A stretch of 64,000 nt of DNA from Paramecium tetraurelia (Eukaryota): NCBI GenBank assembly GCA_000165425.1, contig CT868441.1, positions 124,001 to 188,000 of the forward strand, given 5' to 3'. The notes under the pieces were generated by a model that worked only from the letters and a program-made list of their open reading frames with translations, had not been told where the DNA came from and ran no database searches. Position numbers and translations under genes: made by a program. Shown in pieces: positions 14,153 to 27,291 of the stretch; position 1 is the stretch's first letter, and every line of letters starts with the position of its first letter.

Positions 14153-17100
14153 ATGGAACTTAAATCAAATTTTGGCACTCCAAAAGGTTCTATAGATTCA
14201 GAGAGGTCCATAATTGATAAAATGCAGAGCGAACTTAAAGGAGTGTTCTTCCGAGTAATCTAGTTAATGTTAAGAGAGGAAGAATAATCTATTCCTTTAA
14301 CTTGCATTGGCATATTGTTACAATATATGCAGATCACTTACATTATATTTAATAGATAGATTTGGAAAGTATGGCAAAATGAGATAATTACTAAGCGCTT
14401 AAATAAGATCTTTGGGTAATTACTATTCCTAAATTAGATATGTGCTATTGACACCATATTTTGAAATGGTAAGTTTCTCTGGATTTGCAGCCATGATGTA
14501 TGTATGTTTGGGCCTAGTTTTATTCGCATTGATGCTCATCTTTCTATTAAGCTACAGTATCAATAAATCGAAGAGTTCATTCACATGGCCAATCATATTT
14601 CTAAGGTTTTTAATAAACCTATTTCTGCAAGTTCTTTATATGCCTATAATTGATTTGCTTCTATCAATGTTATCATGTGAGACTAATCAAAATGGAGTAC
14701 TTGTACATTAGCTTTTTGATGTAGAATGTTGGTCTAATATTCACATTGTTCATGCCATAGTAGCTATTTTCGGAACAGTGCTATTTTTTGTTCTCTGCAC
14801 ATTGTTTTCCTTATTATATTATGAATCGAGGTACCTACCACATGAAGCTTCATCTAAACTCACAGGAAGAGCGAATGCAATATTTTTGACGTATGAATTG
14901 GTAATGGTTATTTGTTACACCTTTATGAATGGCAAGAATTATGAATATTTGATGATATTAATTATGATGATAGGAAGTTTCACTATCTTTTGGAAAATTC
15001 ATGTTGAAGCCCCTTTTAATAATGTGTATGTTTAAAAATCATGGTCAATGTTGGTTGCTATGAATATGTGGGGTGCAACTTTATTGTGTTTCTCTAAATT
15101 CTTAGAGGGAGTCCTCTTTTTTGGTACTATCTATGCTTGGTTGGTCGGTTTGCCATTAATGATGATTGGTATCCTCAAAAGTGAAAAGATGCACTACGAT
15201 CTCTTATTATTGAATCTAAATAAAGTCTAAGATCCAGATTAAGTTCTTAATTTAACAAATCACTTGTTAAAATTATTGTTCAAAAGCCAATAATAATAAA
15301 ATTACTCCTTGTTGCTTGATGGATTTTTGGAAATACACAAAGCCACATGCACAAGAGATGACTGTTATTTAAAATAAAAAAAATAAATCAATTTGAGATA
15401 ACAAAAACCACTTTTTAAAGAAGGAACTGTAACTGAAAGAGATGTAGACCTCTTAATGGTGATTGGTTAGATCTATTTCCATCAAATTAAGAAGTTTCCA
15501 AATGAACTTAATCTACGTATAAGATATTCATTTTTCTTACTTGACAATATGAAGTAAAGATAATAAGCATTAAATGAATTAATATAAGCAGAAACATTAT
15601 GTCCTAGTTTAGATAACGAATTTACGATATTTAGATATAAATAAATAATAGAATATGAAATGAATGCAGTTTAAAATGAGAATTTTGGTAATTTGGATGT
15701 AGCATCAGAGTTAGCATTTTAAAATTATATGAGATCATTCTAAAATAAAATTGAAAGAGCAACACTTATGCATATGGACTTTTGGTCATAATTATAAGAA
15801 GATTCCCCTGATTTAGGTAAAATGAATGATATTGGGGCCAAAATCAATTTAGCAATCATTTAGGTTGAAGAACTTTGGAATAAAATGTAGAAAATGACAT
15901 CAAATCTACCCAAAGCTATGAGGTTATATGCAAAATTCATTATTGAAGTCCTATAAGATAAAGATTACGGAGAAGAATTATTGGAAAGATCTAGACTTTT
16001 ATAAAATTAGAATAACAAAATGAAGAATAAATAAACTATATCTTTAATCAGTAGTGATGATATTGGATATGAACCCTAGCCTACTTTATTAGTGTCTACA
16101 GCTCAAGAAAAGTTTGCTTAGATTACAAATTTGAATTTGGCATGTTGCAATTTATTTGGTTATAATAAATCAGAAATGATTAATCGTAAGATCAATATAT
16201 TTATGCCAAACTTATATTCGAAATTTCATGACGCTCACATTGATAACTTCTTAAATTCAAATGATAGCAAGAATATTTCTAAGGAGAGGTTAGTATATAT
16301 CAAGATGAAATCCAATTATATCTTGCCTTGCTATATTTATTTGAAAGTTATTTAGTCTATTGACGACAATGTCTAATTAGCAGCCTAATTTCGAATACCT
16401 AAATCTTTTAAACCTTCATGTTATCTGATTTTGGATAGTGAGGATGTCATAGATTCAATTTCATCTTCTTGCATTCCTCTATTGAATATTGATTCAAAAT
16501 AAATTTCGCATAAAAAAACATCTATCTCTGACATATTACCAAACTATATGCAATAGAAGCAATTATTTTTATCCAAACTTGGAGGACCAATTGTTTTCAA
16601 TTCTGCTACTCAATCATTTGTCAACAATAGTCAATAGGCTTCTCAAGAATTAGATGATTAAGACAAGAGAGAAGATAGTATCCAGTTCTAATGCTTTACT
16701 TCAGAAGTGACTAATGAAAACTAAGATTAAGTAGTTGGATATGTAGTTAAATTAGAGTAGTAAGGCTTAGATATGAGCATGAATTTAGAAGTCAATAATA
16801 TATAATAGAAAGTACTTGGAAATAGTATGCAATTTAAATACAATCCTTCGAAAGCTCTATATTTTGGTGAGTATGTTGCAGATACAAATTCACAAAGGGT
16901 TGATTAGACTATTTTATGGGATTAAAATGATCAATCCTCAATGATATCTTCAGTGTAAGGAGGTGCTGAAGTTCTTAAGTCTTAAGTGAAGACAGAAAAA
17001 TCGGATGAATAGAATGTGCAATAGCAAATTAAAATCAATTATGGAGAAGGAATAAAGACTTTGAGATTATTTGAGAATAGAGTACAAGATATTGATGACA

Positions 17101-19131
17101 AAGAAGAAATGATATCAGAAGAGGATGATCAATAAGGGAAGAGTGTCTTCTAGAGATAGTCAGATATGGAAAATGATTAAGATGGCTAGCAACAGGATTT
17201 TAATAATGTGTTTAGATCTAGAAAGAATTTATCAATTTTAGTAAATAGTCAAATTACACCTCCTGTTATGACAAAATTAAGTTGGACAGCTAATATTTTA
17301 ATACTTGCATTAGTAGCCTTGAGTTTCGCAGATTTCTTCGTTTGCTAAGCACAATATGACGAAATATTTAATACAATCTTACTAGTAGAAGATACAAATT
17401 TAAGAAATGCTGAGTTGAGTGCAATTTTAACTTCAGTACAAAATTTATAGATGTTGAATTCAAATATTTGGTAGTTTAATACAAGTGCAGATATTAAAAA
17501 TTTTGAATAATCGGAAAAGTCTAAATTGAATAAATCTATAACGTAGGTTTCAATTTTAAATAAGAGATTAATGTTGTCTGATATCTTTATAAGTGATGAA
17601 TTAAATGAATTGCAGAGTGATGATGTTGTCAAAATGAATTTTGGTGATAATGAATACCAACAATTTGATATTATGGAGGCTACTCAATAAGTAGTAAGTA
17701 AAGCTTTAAATATAAGGGATAAAGAATTAAATAAAATCCATTATGAAGATAGTGATGTTGAATTTATTATTTTTAATCTCCTTAATGATCTAGTGTTTTA
17801 GTTAAGAAATTCTAGTAACTTATATGCTAAAGGCTTAACCAATAAAACAACAGAAAAAAAGGAGACATTTTTAGTAATCATAGGCATTTCAGCAGGAGCT
17901 TTGGGTTTGGGATTATTGTTATTGACAATCATAACCCTCTCAGTCAACAAAACACAGGAAGAAATACTTTTCATGTTTTTAGATATTCCAGACAAAACTG
18001 TTAAGTATTTGTATAATAAGAGCGAAAATTTTATCTCGAATTTATAAGTTGGAGAAGAAGAGGAAGTATTATCAGAATTAGAAGAGTTGGAAAAAGAAGA
18101 ATTAGAAGAACTTAATAGAACATTAAAAAGTAAAAGGAAGAAGAAAAAGTTTAAAAATACTAATAAAGATTAACGCAATTACATATTTGCATTCTTTTTA
18201 ATCGTCTTAATTTTAGAAGCTTATTTCATATTTAACTATTTTATGTCTGATACTCTTTTAACCAATTTGGCTTAGCTTGTACCTGAAATAAATGCAACTT
18301 GTAGAGCAGAAAGCTTCTTTAGATTTGTCGATAATGCAGAAAGATCACTTTATATTAATAGGAATATGACAATATTAAATGAGGACTCTTACACAACAGT
18401 CAAAACAAACATTGATAGATTATATGCCTTGGATTCTTCTATTCATTAAGAGCATTCTCTCAATGTAGATATTACAAATCCAATATATTCTGATGCTTTT
18501 AAGCAGATGTTTATGCTTTAACCTTGCACAATATTATCTTAAGAAATGAAGGAAATGACAGAAACTGAATGCTAAACATTTGCTGATGGAGCTATGTATT
18601 AAGGGATGGCAGTTGGAGTAGCAAGATACTTTGAGAATATTCGATATATAATGACAATTTACGATTAATTTTGGAACAATTCTAAAGCAAATTTTACAAC
18701 TATTGCTAGAGGTTTCACTAAGTTTAAAAATATAACAATGGATTCAGATAATGAGAGGAATTACATTCTAAATCTAAACAATTTTAATTAATCTGTGGAA
18801 TCAAGAGTCATTTAAGAATCTTACAATAGGGGTAATTAATATATTGACTATTTTAGGTACATTTAGGTATTTAATTTAGTAAATGTAGAAAGCCATTTAA
18901 GATGACATTGATAGTGCTTAAACTCAAAGATTAGCGCTATTCATTGTTTTTGAAGTATTGCTTTTTATCATTTACTTCATTTTATGGTTACCATTAGTAT
19001 TAAAAATGACAAGGGATATCTGGAGAACAAGATCGATGATAATGATGATTCCTTTGAAAGTGATACAAAGGATTAGATCAATTAAATAATTTATCAAAGA
19101 TTTCTTACATGCAAAGGAAGCTGATTCTTGA
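14153..19131 (+). CDS. TmcB/TmcC-like multi-pass membrane protein with PAS domain, tandem paralogue 3
   Basis: Starts MELKSNFGTPK. PAS-like NLACCNLFGYNKSEMINRKINIFMPNLYSKFHD. Introns 14416-14437 and 18832-18856. TGA 19129-19131. Confidence 0.85.
15552..15987 (+). repeat. Homogenised coding tract, copy in paralogue 3
   Basis: 7 mismatches in 436 nt versus 10604-11039. Confidence 0.92.
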
Positions 19132-19180
19132 TATAATTATATATATTAATGCTTAATTTATAAATTAACAGAAAAAAAAA

Positions 19181-20989
19181 ATGGATCAAAAATAAAAGAT
19201 GCAACATCTTATGAACAATTTCATGAAGAAGGAATAAACAAAACAAGGTTAAGTGACTGTTAAGTTGTATGTGAATAATGAATTTTCCTAATAAATTTAA
19301 TATCCAACTAGAAATTAGACTGTCAACTAATTGGTTAATTACTTGCGGAACTTACTAAACCAAACCTAGATTGTAGGATTTCAGACTTTAGAAAGTAACA
19401 TTTATTTAGATTACTACTTAACTACAAATATGGACTTAGCAGTATTGAGCAATTTAACCCTCTCTTTAAAGCCTTTATATGGAATAAATTAGAATGGAAT
19501 AAACTTGGATTCCTTTTATTTTTTATAATGTATAGGCATAGGTGGATTTAGCAGAGTCTATTTAGTAAGATATAAGTTTAACGGCTAATTTATGGCGTTG
19601 AAGATGATTTCAAAATCATTTATTGAGTAAAATGATAAATTTCAGATTGTTTAAAATGAGAGAGATATAATGGTGCATCTAGCCAACACTAATAATTCAC
19701 ATCCAAATCTCTGTAAATTGTTATGCGCTTTTGAAACCAAAAATTGGGTTTGTTTTGCCATGGAATACTGCCCTGGTGGTGAATTATTTTAATAGTTAAA
19801 GAGAGTGAAGAAAATGGATGAATAATAGGCAAAATTCTATTTTAGTTAGGTTTGTATGGCAATACATCACTTGCACGAAAACAAGGTTATTTATAGAGAT
19901 ATTAAACCTGAGAATATTCTAATTGACTCAGAGGGCCATATTAAATTGGCTGATTTTGGATTAGCTAAACCCAATGTTCAAGATAATAAAATGGCATATT
20001 CTTTTTGTGGGTCTCCAGAATATATGGCTCCAGAGATGCTCTTAAAATCAGGACACAATTATTAGATTGATCATTATTGTCTAGGAGCACTTTTATATGA
20101 ACTAGTAACAGGATTACCTCCTTATTATTCGAATAATCCAGAATAAATTTATTAAAATATATTATCACATGATCTACCATAGCCAAATAAGAACATAAGT
20201 GCAGAGGCCAAAGATTTGATTAATAAATTGCTCTAAAAAGATACATAAAATCGATTGGGGAGAACTTATGGCATCTATGAAATACTTAAACATCCATGGT
20301 TATCAGAATTCAGCTTATACAAATTGATTAATAGGTCTTATGACCCTCCATTTAAACCAGATTTATTCAAAATGAACTTTGATTAGAAGGAAATTTTAAG
20401 TGGAGAACATTAGTTTTAGAAAGAATTACAAAAATCAATGAATACAGAAATGGAAAATGTATTTACACCATTTTTCCATAATTTTTATTATTCGTCCTTT
20501 TAATTTAAACAGCCTTAGAGATCATCCTCTATCACTCAAATAAATATCTCGAATGTTGATGATAAATTTACTAATATTCTTTTGAGTACAACAAAATCTA
20601 AACATGTTTCATAGACACATTAATCATCTAGTTAATCTTAGTTAAAGAAGAAAAAACTATTACAGAATGATGTTGAGAATAAGGAAAATTTGATGAAGAA
20701 TAATAATAATTAGATGATTATGAAGGCTGGTGTTAAACATAAGAAGAATAATTAAAGTATGCCTGATAATGTGTTAAATGTTCAATAAAATGAATTAAGA
20801 TCATATTCATCCTAAAAAGTAAATGAATAATTACAAAAACTTACAAATAATTATTAAACAAATCTAATTAAATCACCATCAACTGAAAATGATGAATAAA
20901 AGTAACATAAATTATAATTTGGTGAAAATAAATAGCTTAATAAAAACTAGTCTAATTAATGTTCTCTTATCAGATATTTTAAATAATGA
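19181..20989 (+). CDS. AGC-family Ser/Thr protein kinase
   Basis: Motifs [60 protein letters not shown] and the AGC tail DPPFKP. ATG 19181, TGA 20987-20989, apparently intronless. Confidence 0.93.
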
Positions 20990-21014
20990 ATTTATTCACA
21001 ATATTTCAATAATT

Positions 21015-22364
21015 TCAATCCTATAAAAATTTTGAAAATTTAACATTTAGAAGTTGTCTTCTTTCTCTTTCCTCTTTTCTCCATAAAGTCTCATCTAATT
21101 AAGCATGTTCAGTTCTATCTTCTTTTTCTGCATCGAATTCTATTTATTTATCACCCTATTTAATTGTTACTTGTAATTTGACCTAGAATAATCTCTTATA
21201 TATATCTGCCATAACTATTTCAATCTCATTTTTCACTTATTTAATAGCCCTACCATCTTCTCCAATAACAATCCTCGCTTATGATGAAGTTTAAACATTA
21301 ATTTAGACTTCAATTTTAGCAGATTCTTTGCTAGTGACCCTAAATTCTTTCACATAAATTCCAATAATAAACGGAATTTCATTATAGAATCTTTTAAATA
21401 TTGCTTATCTAACTATTTATTCTAATTAATCCATTGGAGTAAATAGATGTTTCTGATTTTCATTATATTTCCATCTACATTAAAAACTTTGAGAATATAA
21501 ATATTATTTCAATTCGTCCATTCCATATCCAGTTAAAGAGGATATATAAAATGTCTAATCATATTTTCCTAGATCTTCCATTTCAGTTTATAACCACTTC
21601 AATTTCTTCTTGTTAAAGCATAAATCCATCTTATTGAAAACAAGTATTTTAGGAATTGGTTTATCTTCTGACGCTCTGAAATCATCCTCATTTCTGAAGT
21701 AGCTTTTTAATTGTTCTTAATCGACTTTGATCTTATTTAATCTTGACATAACATTCTTCATGCTAATATCCAAAGTTTTTATAGCATCAATTAAAATGAT
21801 CACCATATTAGTATCTTCAATGACATCCCAAGCCTTGGTTACAAAATGCTTTGAAAATTTATAGCGCTTGGTCACTCCTGGAGTATCAACAAGCTCCATT
21901 TAAACACCACTTTTGAGATCTGTATGCACTCCTCTAATTTCTGAGACTGTGGTATTGCTCTTATTTGATACAGCGCTTATTGGTTCACCTATTAACTGAT
22001 TTAAAAAGGTGGATTTCCCTGAATTAGGAGGTCCAATAATGGAAACAGCTAAAAATTTCTATTCTTCAATGGCAACAGATGGTTTTTGGGCTAATGGTTT
22101 CAATAGTATTTTATTTGAGACTTTTGTTCCCAAATCAGTAGTTTTTATGGCTTTTTCATTGATAGTGTAGAGAGTGGCTGGTGTTTCATAATCTTCTAAT
22201 AGAAATCGTTCCGGTTTTGTGGGAGAGAGAATGTCAATTTTTTTAGTCAAGGGGTTAGTTGGATGCTGATAGGGTCTTAGGGTTTTTGCATCTAATTTTT
22301 TAGGAGGAGCATACTTTCTCAGTTTCTGCAAATTAGACATACAATAACCACAAATTTTGATCAT
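21015..22364 (-). CDS. ERA: Era-like GTPase (probably mitochondrial, ERAL1-type)
   Basis: G1 SIIGPPNSGKST, G2 AVSNKSNTT, G3 LVDTPG, G4 FNKMD, C-terminal KH-like region (IVIGEDGRAI), basic N-terminal extension. TGA 21015-21017. Confidence 0.88.
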
Positions 22365-22411
22365 TATAATATATTTGAAAAAACAAAAAATAGCAAAATT
22401 ATATAAAATCT

Positions 22412-23040
22412 TCAATGCATCTTATTTCTTTTGAGGACCTTCATTAGTTTGGGTTTTTCGACGCTTCTCTCTGTTTTTAATTTCATTTAATACAAATCTA
22501 AGACGTTATCTTTTTTTGGTTGGCTCTTTGTGCTTGTATTAAGCGTGCTTCGATAGGAGTTTTGGGTCTAGATGTTAGAATCTTCATGTTTTGGAATAAC
22601 TAGTTTTCTATTTTAGAGCTGTTAATAAGTTATCTTGATTTGATTCATTTTCTGATTAGTTTTGAACGAACTCTGCAAACTCTAGCCTTGGGGTTTAGGT
22701 TTACTTAAGAGCTTATGAATTTACTAAAACAGATAGTAATATTAGGAAGTACCTACTGCAGTTAGTAGCTAATAGAGAATGGTTGCAAGACATTACTTAA
22801 GTTAGCAGTATTGGATTGCTTCATTTTCAAATCTCCGGCAGATTTAATAATTTTCAATTGCTTCTTGACTATGAAAGTTCACAAACTGAATTATTTACCA
22901 TCCTGAGATTTAGATCCATAAAATTATTTGCTAAGAGACTTGAAATAGTCTTCATCGTTGTCCTTGAAGAGTCTAGATTCAACAAGTTACGAGTCATCAT
23001 TCTCAACCATGAAACTAAGAAACTATTCGTCATTTTTCAT
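22412..23040 (-). CDS. Hypothetical protein (about 190 aa)
   Basis: Starts MKNDEQFLSFMVENDDSQLVESRLF. Two GT..AG introns (about 30 and 29 nt) restore the frame. Ends KVLKRNKMH-TGA. Confidence 0.65.
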
Positions 23041-23059
23041 TGTTTTATTTATTTAATAA

Positions 23060-25264
23060 ATGGATTTACAAGTTTAGAAACTTTAGCAAGAAATCACAGA
23101 GTAATATCCCTCACATAATATTATAGTCTTAAAGAATATGAGTAGATGCTTGAAGATTAAATAAAGGAACACGAAGAAACTATAGATAAATAAAAGTTGG
23201 ATCTGAATACAAAGGAGACTGAGATCAAGAATCTCAAAAAATAATTACAAGAGGCAATCAAAAAGGCAGATGTCATTGTATTAAATAAATTTCATTTAAG
23301 AATAATTCCGATGATGTGAGTGGAGCGAAAATTATTTAATTGGAAGTGGAAATCCATGATCTCAACTAACAATTGCAAGAATCAGCTTAGAAAATTAAAG
23401 CACTTACTCAACAACTCAAGTATGAATCCCAATTGAAATTAGTGCCAAAATTGAAGAGAATGAAATGGAGATTGAAATCCTAAAAGACGACCATCAAAAA
23501 TCTTTGAGTGATTAGCAGATTTAAATCGAGGCATTGTAAAAGACAATAAATGAATTGCAACAGCTTCAAAAAAACACAGAAACAAAACAATCCCAAGAGA
23601 TTGCTCCAACTCAATTAAAGTAAGTAATTCTGTGAAATTAGTGATTAAGAGGAATTACTCTAGAAGATTCAAAATTTAACAAATTAAATTGAATAATACG
23701 CAAAATAACTTGAAATTAAGGATAAATAGATTGAGTAGTTGTAATTAAATGAAGGGAAGCAAGGAAGTATGGAAGAAGTCGGTAAGAGATCACAAGAGGA
23801 GGATTAGAATTTAGAAGAGAAGATTGCCCAATTAGAAGAGGTCTTGTTGTAATATTAAGAGGAAAATTCTTAATTTGCTGCCAAGGAGGAGGCATCTCAA
23901 AAAGAAAAATAATAGCTCAAATAATAGTTGGAATCACTAGAAAAACAAATAAAAGAAATATAATAATAAGAACAAGATGCCAGCGTTGCACAATAACTTG
24001 AAGATCTAAAACTGGAATATGAAGAATTAGTTGAAGAGTACACATCTACTAATGAAAAATTATAGCAATCAGAATTAGAATGTTAATAATTAACTGATAA
24101 ATGCTAAGAGTATTTGTCAGTCAAGGAGTAATTGTAGGATCAAATCACCTAATTTGAAACTACATTATAACATCACAATGAAGTCTTAGAAGAAAACAAT
24201 GAATTGAAATAATTGATGAACAAAGCTTCAGAATAAATTAATAATCTGTAAAGTAATAATGAATACTAAACACTTTATCTTTAATTGAGAGATGAGTATG
24301 AAGAATTTAAAGAGCAACTCCATATCACCATTAAAGAGAAAGATTAACAGTTATATTAGGCAGCCTAATTTTGTTAAGAATTAGAGGCTTTTAAAGAATA
24401 AGCTCATATGCTTGAAGAAAACAACACACTCTTATCAAACTAGCTCTAAACTCAATTGGAAAATAACGAAAAATATTAATAGAGGATTGAGGAATTAGAA
24501 AATTAATTAAACACTCTCTAAAACTAAAATCAAGACGTTAATGATCTTATGTAGAAGTTGGATCAATTAAAACAAGACAACGAAAACTTAAAGACATAAA
24601 ATTACGAATATGATGAAATGATCAAGAATTATGAAATTTAAATGGATGCCCTTAAATAAATTGAATGCGACTCTCCTAAAAAGATTTCCAAGTTACAATA
24701 AGAAAATTCTGAAACCACTGCAGAGTATATCAAATTAAAAGAAAACACATAAAGAGAGATACATCTACTAAAATAAGAAAGGACCAACTTATAAAATGAA
24801 ATTGTTGAAATTAAATCCTTGCTTGACACATATATTAATAGTGGAGAAACCTTTGAATCTAAAACATAATACATTATCGATTATTGGAATAAATTATAAT
24901 CAATTTAAGATGAATAAAACAATCTTGTTGAAAAATTTCAATTAGAAATTCAAGAATTAAATGAAAATATTGGTTAAATTCAATCTTTACAAAATCTAAG
25001 CACAGACCATTAATAATTGAATTAAGAATTGTAAATTAACAGTAGCGAAAAAAATGAACTTGCCGCTGATGAGAATTTAAATTTATCATTAGAAAAATTA
25101 GTAACAAATGAAGAAACAAATTAAAATAATTTTCATTTTGAAGTTAAAAAGGTTTAATAAACAGAATATGTTGAAATATCGACATAAACAGAAGATGTTA
25201 TTGAATAGAATTAATAATAAGATCAAGTTTAATAATAAGAGTAATAATAAGAGTAATAATAATA

Positions 25265-25328
<64 letters not shown>

Positions 25329-27288
25329 GAATAAAAATAATATGAATCATAACTCATTTAAACTGATGATGTCATCTTTTCAGCCCCATAGAATTCCGAT
25401 AAAGAAACTAATGATCAATTATGTTAAACTGATGAATAAAAAGAAGATTTATAAGAAATATAGGGTTAAAATAGTGAACAATAAAATAATGAATAAAATG
25501 GAATTGAGCTTAATAGTTAACAACTCAACGGGGAGCAAGATCATGATTAGAGTATTATAACAAAATTGATGTAACCAAATGAAGATCTAGACGGACAAGG
25601 AAGTTAATTCTAAGATTTGAACTAAACCGATCAGTTGAAGTATTTATAATAATAACATTTTTAGGAAAAAAGTCGAGGACATGGATAACCTAAGAAAATC
25701 TTTAGAGAAAGAAGTCTATAATCTTAAAGATAAGAATAAGAAATTAGAAGAAAAACTATAAATCATCTAAAAACCAGGAACACCAAGAAAGCAATCAGAT
25801 GCTAAAGAAGAAAGGAAAAAATAATAGGATAATGAATTAATTTAAAGATTATAAAAATAAATCAAGGAATTGTAGGAAGAAATTCAATCCTTCAATGTTC
25901 ATTAATTGAATGAATAAATAGAATAATAATCTAATGAAATAGAGCAATTGTAATCGGAAATTGAATAATACAAAGAATAACTAATTAAATAAAAGTAGTA
26001 AACCATCAAGTTTAAGAACTAATTGGATACAATTTACAATTTGGGACCATAAGCCTTAACAATGCTATAAAGCGAACCAAAAAAAGAGTTTTCATCTACT
26101 TAATTAATTCAATAGGAAAAATATTAAATTTCATCCTTTTTGTATATAAAATCACAAAAATCATATTAATGCCAATTTATTGAATTAAATAGGAAGCAGA
26201 TAAAGTTGTTTTAATCAATAAAGGGAAAAATTGAGAAAGCTGCATTTGATACTTACACATTTGATGAAATATTCTTTGATACTCAAAAAATTCATTAATT
26301 TTTGGATTAGTCAAAATTAAAGTTATCCAGTGATTAAACTAAAGTATATCTTATCCTAGGGTAATCGAAGACACACAAAAAGTTGATTATGATCATGTTG
26401 ATAGAATTGCTTTACAATTTGATTCAAAAGTAATAATTGAACTAAAAAATAACATTTTGCTATTAAGAAAGAATTGGAAAATAATGGATAGAGATTGAGC
26501 AATTTAATACTCAAACTTCTTCTATCTAAGATTTAGAGTATACATTCTAAGCGATCAAAGTGCATTTATTGACTAAATAGAAAGCTCTTGGAGAAAAAAT
26601 TCGAAAACTTTCAATAACCTATTAGACTTATATTGAAAATTAATTATAGACTACAAGTAACTTTATGATTGCCACTTGTCCATCTTTACCCTAGGGGGAT
26701 TTCAAAAATGTGATATAAAAGATATTGAATTGCTAGATAAATCCAAATATCTAATTTAACATATTTTTAAATATTACACCTGCTTTATAATAATATCAAA
26801 AATCTGCTGAGATATTATCAATGGCCAAATAAATCAAATTAGCAAAAGGTCAATTAGATATTGCTTAGTTGACTTCGAGTAGATCTGTAAGTGAATATAA
26901 TTTAGTAGATGATGAAGCTTAAAAATAGATGAGAATAATCAATAATAAATTGATATTGAAGCAGCAAGAAATTGATTAAGGTAAAAAGGCTCTTGATTTG
27001 TATATAAAATAATTACAGGAGCTTTAAGCAAAACTTGACAATTAATTAGGATAACATAATACCATTTCTGTTTTAATAAATAATATAATACTAGAAATAA
27101 AATAGAAGATTAATATGAAAATGAATTAGAAGAAGAATAAAAAATCTTAGAATGTTGCATTTCTAGATAAATTGGCAATTCAATTAGATTAGATTATTAG
27201 AAAATAGCAAATAAGTTAATCTAATGTTGACAATGCGGATAGATTCATTAAAAGTAAAGCTAGTGAAATTGTAAATCCATTTGTATGA
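23060..27288 (+). CDS. Very large coiled-coil protein with polyQ and C-terminal degenerate kinesin-motor-like domain
   Basis: Starts MDLQVQKLQQEIT, with several tiny introns (e.g. 23101-23126 and about 25640). Long E/Q/K heptads, 25-Gln run, kinesin-like remnants at about 26120-26840. TGA 27286-27288. Confidence 0.75.
25254..25328 (+). repeat. (TAA)n microsatellite encoding a 25-residue polyglutamine
   Basis: TAAx4, TAG, TAAx20 in frame with the flanking ...QQQE and EQKQYESQ... sequence. Confidence 0.9.
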
Positions 27289-27291
27289 AAA

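Noticed and set aside
25108..25560. ORF-track protein with a poly-Asn run
   Set aside because: Wrong-frame artefact of the standard code. The continuous table-6 frame reads the same repeat as poly-Gln.
26361..26382. Possible 22-nt GTA..AAG intron over the degenerate P-loop
   Set aside because: Splicing it would create an immediate TGA, whereas the unspliced frame stays open to 27288.
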